IMG/VR virus record: IMGVR_UViG_3300003324_000363
Span: 81,571-99,684 of that record
Source of the DNA: a virus
Lineage: Duplodnaviria; Heunggongvirae; Uroviricota; Caudoviricetes
Strand: one strand, 5' to 3'
Length of the DNA stretch: 18,114 nucleotides
Under the pieces are notes generated by a model. The model was not told the DNA's origin. It saw only the letters and a list, made by a program, of their open reading frames with translations, and made no database searches. The stretch's first letter is position 1. Every line of letters starts with the position of its first letter. The translations under genes and the position numbers were made by a program. Positions 1-7,019 of this stretch are shown here, piece after piece.

Positions 1-1
1 T

Positions 2-688
2 TCCTGTTTGTGCCAAGAACTTCTTAGTCGTGGTTGTGTTTCCTGCTAACCTTTGCCATGCAGGAGTGGAATTGCCATAGATAACATCACCTAACACAAC
101 TGTGTCTGCTACAGTATCAGTATGGGTAGTTGAAAGCATGGTATGTGTTACAGTAACAGTTTGATTCTCCCATAGCCCACTACCACTGTTGTATCTCAAG
201 AATTGATTGTTTGTTACCCCTGAAATAGCAACATCAATTAAATCATCAAGATAGCTTGCTCCGCCTCCGCCGCCTCCGCCGCCTCCTGTAGAAAGATTAC
301 GTTCACTCCCAGCACTGTTTTTATAGAATAACTCAATAGTTCCACTGCCGTTGTCTTTTGCATAAAGTCGAATTGTACCAGAATCAGGTGCTGATGGTGC
401 AGTCTGGGACATGAACACCATGTAATTGTTGATTGTTTTTACTCCAGCTAATGTATCGGCAGAAGCACGACCAACAACTGTGTCATTGCCATCATAGTCT
501 GGCAATGTTAGGTATCTATCAGCAGTTAATGATGGAGCACCAACAAAATATTGGTGATGCGTGTTAGCTTCATTTCTAATACCTAGCCTATTTGCTAGAT
601 AAATTTTATCATAAGGGCCAAAAACACTTGGCTGTGTTGTACGATCTGTGTCTCTTAAGCCAGTTTGCCCAGAATCATCATAAGCCAC
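2..688 (-). CDS. Tail fibre-like protein, N-terminal part (runs off the window edge)
   Basis: Manual translation from GTG at 688 is open to the edge: MAYDDSGQTGLRDTD...LTADRYLTLPDYDG...APSAPDSGTIRLYAKD...G9...LDDLIDVAISGVTNNQFLRYNSGSGLWEN. These are motifs typical of viral fibre proteins. Not in the supplied ORF track. Confidence 0.75.
   Translation of the reverse strand, partial: MAYDDSGQTGLRDTDRTTQPSVFGPYDKIYLANRLGIRNEANTHHQYFVGAPSLTADRYLTLPDYDGNDTVVGRASADTLAGVKTINNYMVFMSQTAPSAPDSGTIRLYAKDNGSGTIELFYKNSAGSERNLSTGGGGGGGGGASYLDDLIDVAISGVTNNQFLRYNSGSGLWENQTVTVTHTMLSTTHTDTVADTVVLGDVIYGNSTPAWQRLAGNTTTTKKFLAQTG
260..286 (-). repeat. GGA/GGC codon run encoding a 9-Gly linker
   Basis: tccgcctccgccgcctccgccgcctcc is in frame in the fibre ORF. 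Confidence 0.9.
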
Positions 689-694
689 GTATTA

Positions 695-835
695 CTAGCT
701 TGCAGAACTAAATGAAAGCATTAACAAGCTAGCCATTCGCCATTCACGAAGATATTGCTCCATTATTTGACGGCAATTATCAAAATAATCTAGCCAAGCT
801 GAAGCAAGTTTTAGAATGAGCATTGATTCTTGCAT
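695..835 (-). CDS. Hypothetical 46-aa protein
   Basis: Manual: MQESMLILKLASAWLDYFDNCRQIMEQYLREWRMASLLMLSFSSAS*. It fills the gap between co-oriented genes and stops 6 nt before the fibre GTG. Confidence 0.4.
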   Translation of the reverse strand: MQESMLILKLASAWLDYFDNCRQIMEQYLREWRMASLLMLSFSSAS

Positions 836-872
836 TACAAGTTAATGTGACAGGTGCATATTATGTATTTAC

Positions 873-1082
873 TTAGTATTTGTGATTGTTAGGATTCCAG
901 CCATCTTCATGTGAGCTTGGTGATTGCTTATTCATCAGCACCTTTCCAATCTTCTTTCTTAGATGCCCACGTATCAATTTGTATGTAAGTGGGTCTAATG
1001 CTCGTCTTTGCTTTAGTGTCAAAGCAGAGTCCAGACTGGCTAAATACCAATACAATTCGTCTGGTTCTCCTGACACCAACAC
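873..1082 (-). CDS. Hypothetical 69-aa protein
   Basis: ORF track; co-oriented and fills the gap. Start codon uncertain (TTG 1082 or GTG 1085). Confidence 0.5.
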   Translation of the reverse strand: MLVSGEPDELYWYLASLDSALTLKQRRALDPLTYKLIRGHLRKKIGKVLMNKQSPSSHEDGWNPNNHKY

Positions 1083-1108
1083 ATCTTCACTACCGTTGCC
1101 TTAAAGAA

Positions 1109-1456
1109 TCACACGGCATATCTTAGTTCTAGCAATTTCTGATAGAGCTTCTGTGTGCTGCTGCCTTCGTATGTATCCGTGCTCTTTATACTTTGTATCA
1201 ATTCGTCTAGGTCTTTATAGATGCCTTGTACATCTTCTGGCTGTGAACCATAACATGAACAATGGGATTCATGAACATGTGCGTAGCTTCCATTTTTCAT
1301 ACGAAACACAACTTGTCTGTCTGTTTCATAACTCATGCCTTCATCAAAGTCAATGAGTTTCTCTACAGGTTCAAAATTTGTTGCTTGACACCATTCCTCT
1401 AATGCGTACTGGTCTTCTTTCCATAGAGATTCTGGTATGTATTCGGGACGTTCCAT
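1109..1456 (-). CDS. Hypothetical 115-aa acidic viral protein
   Basis: ORF track; protein-like composition with a HESHCSCYG motif; co-oriented. Confidence 0.7.
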   Translation of the reverse strand: MERPEYIPESLWKEDQYALEEWCQATNFEPVEKLIDFDEGMSYETDRQVVFRMKNGSYAHVHESHCSCYGSQPEDVQGIYKDLDELIQSIKSTDTYEGSSTQKLYQKLLELRYAV

Positions 1457-1482
1457 GCTCCCATGTTAAATAATAGTGTATT

Positions 1483-2493
1483 TTAATCTAAGCTTTTCAC
1501 AAGTGAGGCACAGACTTGCTGAATGTCATTTTCAGTTAGATTTGGTGAACTTGGTAAATACAACCCATGCTCATATAATGCCATACAATTTGGATATTTC
1601 TTATCATCATCTAAAAATTGCTCCTGTCTATGCAATGGAATGTAGAAACGTTTGGCATGAATGCCATCATTTGCTAAGCCGGCTATAACTTGTGTAGGAT
1701 TGTTTACTTTACAATCAACACGCCATGTTGGAGCATCTTCAAACCATTCAACTTTATTGCCAAGTATATCCTTATAGATTTTGTAGTTTTTATTAAATTT
1801 ATCAATCCTTTCAGGTAATCGTTTCAATTGCTCAATGCCAAAAGCTGCATTCAAATCACTCATTTTTAGATTTGTGCCTTCTAACAAGTGATGTTCAGAA
1901 ATAGGCTTACCTGTAGCACGTTCAGGTCTGCCATGATCTTTAATTGCAGACATGGCAACATATTGTTCTTCGTCATCACAGCAGACAGCACCACCTATGC
2001 CACCACATGTTATTTGCTTGCTAGGATGAAATGAATAGCATGAAATTGCATGTTTTGTATGATGCGTTATAGCTTGGCATGAATCTTCAATTTGTGTAGC
2101 TTTAGCCAATCTGCCATTGACATGAATTGGAATAGTAAGAAATACTGAATCTGTAGTACCACAACCACAGTTTGCCGTATCAACAATATGCACCTGCTTG
2201 TTTAACATTCTCACAGCATTGGCAGCAAATATACCATAATAATCACCAACTCGAATAGGCATATCTTTAAGCCACGCAGTAGCATTTTCATCTGTCCATT
2301 GTTTTATTCCAAGCCATAAAGCTAATGCACCATTGGGCACAAATATGCAGTATTTTGCCTTTACGAAATCTGCAAAAAGCTTCTCAAACTCACGCACATA
2401 CTTGCCTTCATTAAGTTGCCCTTCTTGGATTGCTTTTGTTACAGCATCAGTTTCTTCTTTTCCCCATGATGGCTCAAATAGTGGAATCCCCAA
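1483..2493 (-). CDS. DegT/DnrJ/EryC1/StrS-family PLP-dependent sugar aminotransferase
   Basis: IEDSCQA (PLP Asp), SFHPSKQIT (Schiff-base Lys), DHGR, GTNLKMSDLNAAFGIEQL, GLYLPSSPNL. Confidence 0.92.
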   Translation of the reverse strand: MGIPLFEPSWGKEETDAVTKAIQEGQLNEGKYVREFEKLFADFVKAKYCIFVPNGALALWLGIKQWTDENATAWLKDMPIRVGDYYGIFAANAVRMLNKQVHIVDTANCGCGTTDSVFLTIPIHVNGRLAKATQIEDSCQAITHHTKHAISCYSFHPSKQITCGGIGGAVCCDDEEQYVAMSAIKDHGRPERATGKPISEHHLLEGTNLKMSDLNAAFGIEQLKRLPERIDKFNKNYKIYKDILGNKVEWFEDAPTWRVDCKVNNPTQVIAGLANDGIHAKRFYIPLHRQEQFLDDDKKYPNCMALYEHGLYLPSSPNLTENDIQQVCASLVKSLD

Positions 2494-3388
2494 AATTCAG
2501 CAAACCTTGTTTATGATAGTCTACTAGCAATTCAATGTCTTTTTTAATGTTGTGATATGGTGTGAAATGCAACTCCTGCTTTGCTTTCTCAAATGAAACT
2601 TTATAGTTTCTTGGGTCTGTTTGGTTTTTGTCAAATTCTATATCACAATTTGTAAAGAATTGCACCATTTCAGCAAGCTCTTGCTTCTTATAGTTGTTTT
2701 CAGTACCTCCTATGTTGTAAATGCCAGTCTTTTTGCCCATTACTGCCTCACATACCGCCATGGCAATGTCGTCAATATGACATAGTGGACGATAAAAGTT
2801 AGCACCACGTAACACGATTTTATGATTTGTCAATGCACTGTGTATGAATTCATGTAACAACAAGTCAGGTCTAAACATTGCTCCAGCACCATAAGCTGTT
2901 GCAAATCTTAGAATTGTAACATCTTTCCAGTCCTTTATTGCATTTTCAACCTCCACTTTACTTCTAGCATAATTGCTTGTAGGCACAAGTTTGTCTGTTT
3001 CGACAGCATAACTATCTGTCTTTACGCCATAGTTGGAACATGTACTTGAAAATACATAATGAATGCCACGACCAACACACTCTTTTGCTAACTTTATAGC
3101 TGCAACTTCATTTGTGCTTCTGCATAAATTTGGATGAGCTTCACAAGAAGGCAAATTCAAAGCAGCTAGATTGATTACACAATCAGCACTTGAAAACTTG
3201 TTCATATCAATATCTGCTACATCACCACGAATAAATTGAAACCACTGATTACTCATCAAATGCCCCAATTCATGTTTCCCAGTACGTGAAAGGTTATCGT
3301 ATGCCATTACTTCAGTTGCACAATCTAAAAGCTGTGTTGTTACTGCTGTTCCTATGTACCCTGCCGCCCCGACACACAATACGTTCAT
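2474..3388 (-). CDS. NAD-dependent nucleotide-sugar epimerase/dehydratase (extended SDR)
   Basis: GAAGYIG Rossmann motif, VINLAA, FSSTCSNYG, YARSK (YxxxK), LRFATAYG; AGGAGG upstream of the ATG. Confidence 0.92.
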   Translation of the reverse strand: MNVLCVGAAGYIGTAVTTQLLDCATEVMAYDNLSRTGKHELGHLMSNQWFQFIRGDVADIDMNKFSSADCVINLAALNLPSCEAHPNLCRSTNEVAAIKLAKECVGRGIHYVFSSTCSNYGVKTDSYAVETDKLVPTSNYARSKVEVENAIKDWKDVTILRFATAYGAGAMFRPDLLLHEFIHSALTNHKIVLRGANFYRPLCHIDDIAMAVCEAVMGKKTGIYNIGGTENNYKKQELAEMVQFFTNCDIEFDKNQTDPRNYKVSFEKAKQELHFTPYHNIKKDIELLVDYHKQGLLNFGDSTI

Positions 3389-3909
3389 TGTTTGTGCCTC
3401 CTAATAGTCGCCCAAGCTATCTTTGCAGCTTCACTTTTTTTCATTCTAGCAGCTAAAGATTGTGGTCTATGTCTGGCGCAATATCTTGAACAAAAAATAC
3501 TCTTTCTCCAACGAGTAGTTTCAAATGGCTTACGACACTTTGAGTTTTTGCATGTTTTCATAAATCGTTCACCATTTAGTCTTGCATGGATTTTCTGGTG
3601 TTCACTACCAGTGACTAATTGTAGGTTGTCTTTTGTATCGTTTAGTCTATTCTCGTCTTTATGGTGCACTTGCATATTTTTTGGCACAATAGTTTTATTA
3701 TATACTTCGTATGCAGCTATCTCACGTAAAACATATCCTTCACTGTTGGCACGGGAATGTGATGGTAAATATATCATAAATCTTCCTTTTGGGCCAATGT
3801 AGCCATCATTAAAATTGTCCAAACTCCAAACCTTGCGAGTTCTTACAAATCTGCCTTTGTTGTCTCTACTTCTATTCTTTGAGGTTGCTCCAACCACTAA
3901 GACGTTCAA
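3385..3909 (-). CDS. HNH homing endonuclease with C-terminal Cys-rich and basic DNA-binding tail
   Basis: VHHKDENRLNDTKDNLQLVTGSEHQKIH (HNH_3-type), GYI..YLPSH.RANSEGYV N-terminal motif, CKNSKC...CSRYC. Confidence 0.85.
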   Translation of the reverse strand: MNVLVVGATSKNRSRDNKGRFVRTRKVWSLDNFNDGYIGPKGRFMIYLPSHSRANSEGYVLREIAAYEVYNKTIVPKNMQVHHKDENRLNDTKDNLQLVTGSEHQKIHARLNGERFMKTCKNSKCRKPFETTRWRKSIFCSRYCARHRPQSLAARMKKSEAAKIAWATIRRHKQ

Positions 3910-5172
3910 TTACTTGCCAATTCCTCCAATCGGCAATAGTTTCACCCCACGCTGCTTTTTAATGTAACGCCATGGGTCGATAACAATCGAGCCTTTAGGG
4001 AACTTGTATTTCTTAAAAACATCGTGTTTTGTGCCTATGAAAAACAATGCCGGCTTGGCAAAAGGTGGGTCAAATTCTAGGTCAACATATGGGTCATATG
4101 TGCCTACATTTAAGCCACGTTCAAGAAGCATATTCTTAAGCAAAAGTGACGGACTGCCTATTGTTAAATTTGTATTTGGTTTGTATGCTGTGCCAAGTAT
4201 CCATATTTTTAATTCAGCACAGCTTAATTGCACCAAATCAGCAAGCCATGCTGTCTGTTTTTCACGTGCCAGCATGACAGCTTCAGACCAATCATAACTA
4301 AGATTAAGCTGTTTAGCAAGCCATGACATAGCAATTCCATCACGTGGGTGACATCCACCACCATCACCCATACCGGCTGACATGTATTTTGGCGAAATCA
4401 GTCTATCAGTAGCCAGCTTTAATGCATCAGTCACATCGTCAACATTAATGCCCAGCTTGTGACAAATTTCCATAAGATTGTTGGCAAATACAATCTTTTG
4501 TCCTATGTATGTGTTGTAAGCTACCTTTATCAGTTCTGCTGCCTTGATTGTTGTTTCATAAACCGGCTTGCTGTGAATAGTAGCATAGAATGCTTTGGCA
4601 GCAATTGCAGCTGACTTATCATCTACCCCAAACAAAACAAATTCTGGATTAAGAAAATCACTAATTGTTTGACCCATAGCAATGAAGAATGGATTATAGC
4701 ACAGCTTGACTTTATCATTGAGTAAAGGCTTGATTTCACGTTCAACTGTGCCGGGCAATACTGTTGATATTATGATAACAATCTTTTCTTCACCTTGTTT
4801 TGCTATTTCATCGGCAAGTGCCTTAATTCCTGCCTTCAAATAGCTATAATCAAAATCAACACGTTCTTCAGGCATACATGTTGTGCCTTCAAACTTTGGA
4901 TTGTGTGGTGTTTGAATAGGTACAAATATCAATTCTCCATGGGAAACAATTTCTTCCAATGAGGTATAACGAATGTGAGTATTGTTTAGCAGTTCTTGTG
5001 CTCCAGCTTCAAGATAGGGCAGCTGTTTTGTTGCCAGTATTTCAGCAACCTTTGGGTTTACATCATAAACCATAACATTATGTCCTTTTGCTTCACATGC
5101 AAGTGCTACGGGAAGTCCGAGTTTGCCGGCACCACAAAAACTGATATTCAACTTCTTGTTGTTGCCGAACAT
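3910..5172 (-). CDS. UDP-glucose/GDP-mannose 6-dehydrogenase family protein
   Basis: GAGKLG, IQTP, STVLPGT, AELIKVAYN (catalytic Lys), GGGCHPRD (catalytic Cys), LGTAYKPNT. The exact substrate cannot be determined from sequence. Confidence 0.95.
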   Translation of the reverse strand: MFGNNKKLNISFCGAGKLGLPVALACEAKGHNVMVYDVNPKVAEILATKQLPYLEAGAQELLNNTHIRYTSLEEIVSHGELIFVPIQTPHNPKFEGTTCMPEERVDFDYSYLKAGIKALADEIAKQGEEKIVIIISTVLPGTVEREIKPLLNDKVKLCYNPFFIAMGQTISDFLNPEFVLFGVDDKSAAIAAKAFYATIHSKPVYETTIKAAELIKVAYNTYIGQKIVFANNLMEICHKLGINVDDVTDALKLATDRLISPKYMSAGMGDGGGCHPRDGIAMSWLAKQLNLSYDWSEAVMLAREKQTAWLADLVQLSCAELKIWILGTAYKPNTNLTIGSPSLLLKNMLLERGLNVGTYDPYVDLEFDPPFAKPALFFIGTKHDVFKKYKFPKGSIVIDPWRYIKKQRGVKLLPIGGIGK

Positions 5173-5185
5173 TGTTTTAATATAA

Positions 5186-5887
5186 CTAAGTCAATTGTGG
5201 AGGCATGTGCTTTTTGTGTTCATTGCGTGAGATTAGCATCTCAATGAAGGAATGCATAGGTAATTCGCCTTTCAGCATTCTGTCTATCTCATCATAAGTA
5301 AATCCCAAGTCATCTTCTGCTGTTTGCCCTTTAATTAAAGCTGGGCTTGATGGCTTTTTGATTATGTTTTCTGGTATTTCTAAGAATCTGGCTAGTTGTC
5401 TGACTTCTGTTTTGTACAAATGTGCAATAGGCAGCAAATCAGCTGCCCCGTCACCAAATTTAGTAAAGTAGCCTAGCATAAGTTCTGATTTGTCAGATGT
5501 GCCTAACACAAGACAGTTGTTTTGGTTAGCTTGAAGATACAGCATTGTGGCTCTAATACGTGCTACAAGATTCCCAAGAACTGCTCTGTTAACATTCTTT
5601 GGTAGTATGTATGAGTCAATTATTGGTTGGATTATACCAACTGCAAAATCAACACCCAATACTGACATCATTTTACCAGCATCTTCTGTATCTTCCATTG
5701 GTGTGTTTAATGTAGGCATAAACAAACAGTGCACTTTGTCTTTACCTAAAGCTCGTACAGCTAAGGTAGCAACAACAGCAGAGTCTAAGCCACCTGAAAT
5801 GCCTACAACTACACCATCAGCATTTGCCTCATCAACATATGAGTAAATGAAACGTTCTATTCTTGTTGCTTCTGCTTTAAAATCCAT
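5186..5887 (-). CDS. nadE: NH3-dependent NAD+ synthetase
   Basis: GISGGLDS PP-loop, NLVARIRATMLY, GTSDKSELMLGYFTKFGDG, LYKTEVRQLA, KPSSPAL..GQTAEDDLGFTYDEID; no glutaminase domain. Confidence 0.9.
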   Translation of the reverse strand: MDFKAEATRIERFIYSYVDEANADGVVVGISGGLDSAVVATLAVRALGKDKVHCLFMPTLNTPMEDTEDAGKMMSVLGVDFAVGIIQPIIDSYILPKNVNRAVLGNLVARIRATMLYLQANQNNCLVLGTSDKSELMLGYFTKFGDGAADLLPIAHLYKTEVRQLARFLEIPENIIKKPSSPALIKGQTAEDDLGFTYDEIDRMLKGELPMHSFIEMLISRNEHKKHMPPQLT

Positions 5888-5889
5888 GA

Positions 5890-6387
5890 TTATAATGCAT
5901 CTCCAGAATGAATTGTAAATTCAAGATAGCCATATTTCTTTAGCTCATTTCTAACCTGCTTCTTATCATACCATTCCAATGGGAATTCCAAGTTTAATTT
6001 AATATCACAGGCTTTACACATTGCATCAAAAGCTGGTCTTAATCTATCTATTCTGTGCCAGAATGTGTCTGTCTTAATTGCTCCATGATGAATTGTATCC
6101 CCATCCTTACACAAAAGTGGGAACAGTCCCATGAATATTTCTGGCTGAGTGCTAGTGCCTGCAAAGTCTGCATCAAATACTACATTCTTGTGGGCTACTA
6201 AGGAAAACTCTTTTTTCATTTTATCAAGACATCTTTTACGACTGATTGCCTCTAAGTTTTGCTGTCTAGCACCACCAATGCATGAATTGTCTATAGATAT
6301 GAGAGTGGCAGGCTTATCTGCTCTGAGCAGTTTTATAGCTACAAGTGTTGAGTCTTCGCCACCAGACCAGAAAACAACATTACCCAT
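5890..6387 (-). CDS. QueC-like N-type ATP pyrophosphatase (PP-loop), short, lacking the C-terminal Zn-binding Cys cluster
   Basis: WSGGEDSTLV PP-loop; FPLEWYDKKQV resembles the QueC PL..(L/S)KxEI segment; the protein ends at TIHSGDAL where QueC has SCY...CxxCxxC. GAGGAG lies upstream of the ATG. Confidence 0.7.
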   Translation of the reverse strand: MGNVVFWSGGEDSTLVAIKLLRADKPATLISIDNSCIGGARQQNLEAISRKRCLDKMKKEFSLVAHKNVVFDADFAGTSTQPEIFMGLFPLLCKDGDTIHHGAIKTDTFWHRIDRLRPAFDAMCKACDIKLNLEFPLEWYDKKQVRNELKKYGYLEFTIHSGDAL

Positions 6388-6934
6388 GTTTTTGCTCCTC
6401 TACCCATTTTCGTTTTTTCTCCTCATAGTCTTCACGTAACATTTTCTTACCACCATGTGTGCCTACTTCATCGCCAATTGTGTACCACTCTGGAGGTTCT
6501 ATCCAGACAGCATGACCCGGATTGCCTATCCATACTTCATTTGCCGGCACATCTTTGGTAACTACAGCACCCATGCCAATCACTGCATTATCCCCAATAG
6601 TTATTCCACCAATAATCAAAGACCCCATTCCAAGTACACAATTATTTCCTATTTCAGTTGGCTTGCCAATCTGTTCACCAACATCTGGATATCTAATATC
6701 AGCAACCATAACGCCACCTGCAAAGAAACAGTTGTTACCTACTTTAGTGCCTCGACTAAGTACCACTTTAGTTTGAAGATTGCAATTATCACCAATAACG
6801 ACATCTTGATTAATGTCACAAGCATTAGCTATCTTGCAGTTATCACCAATTTTTACGTTATCGCCAATGAAGATATTATTGCGTAGTGTAACATTCTTGC
6901 CTATTTTTGCTGTTTGTGAAATCTCAGTCGTCAC
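6380..6934 (-). CDS. Hexapeptide-repeat (left-handed beta-helix) sugar N-acetyltransferase, WbpD/WxcM-like
   Basis: IGDNVKIGDNCKI repeats and IGMGAVVTKDVPANEVWIGNPG. Start reassigned from 6988 to GTG 6934, which follows AAAGGAGGAAGGAAA. Confidence 0.88.
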   Translation of the reverse strand: MTTEISQTAKIGKNVTLRNNIFIGDNVKIGDNCKIANACDINQDVVIGDNCNLQTKVVLSRGTKVGNNCFFAGGVMVADIRYPDVGEQIGKPTEIGNNCVLGMGSLIIGGITIGDNAVIGMGAVVTKDVPANEVWIGNPGHAVWIEPPEWYTIGDEVGTHGGKKMLREDYEEKKRKWVEEQKHG

Positions 6935-7019
6935 TTTCCTTCCTCCTTTTTCTTTCGTTCCACCAAACACTAAAGCCAAACCCAACAACGACTCCTAACA
7001 TCAAGAGTATGAAATGCAT
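6924..7019 (-). CDS. 31-aa single-pass membrane peptide
   Basis: Manual: MHFILLMLGVVVGFGFSVWWNERKRRKESDD*. The ATG overlaps the GT stop (TAATG) and the 3' end overlaps the acetyltransferase start. Confidence 0.5.
   Translation of the reverse strand: MHFILLMLGVVVGFGFSVWWNERKRRKESDD

Noticed and set aside
260-286. GC-rich short tandem repeat as a contingency locus
   Set aside because: It is an in-frame poly-Gly linker; a 9-nt unit change would not switch the frame.
705-712. TTTAGTTC upstream of the fibre gene as a fifth motif copy
   Set aside because: It has two mismatches and its spacing is 24 nt rather than 43-49 nt.
3845-3870. RDNKGRF in the HNH N-terminus resembling the MuF GRF motifs
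   Set aside because: It is a short motif widespread in unrelated phage proteins, with no evidence of a link here.
3385-3909. Intein or self-splicing intron interrupting the epimerase
   Set aside because: The HNH ORF has its own stop and no intein terminal residues, and the downstream epimerase has a complete N-terminus with an SD, so splicing is unnecessary.
5890-6387. 7-deazaguanine DNA modification (queC) system
   Set aside because: The Zn-binding Cys cluster is absent and no queD, queE, folE or dpdA is in the window, so the symbol queC was not assigned.
6935-6988. N-terminal extension of the acetyltransferase given in the ORF track
   Set aside because: GTG 6934 has a strong SD, and the upstream stretch is better explained by the overlapping 31-aa ORF.
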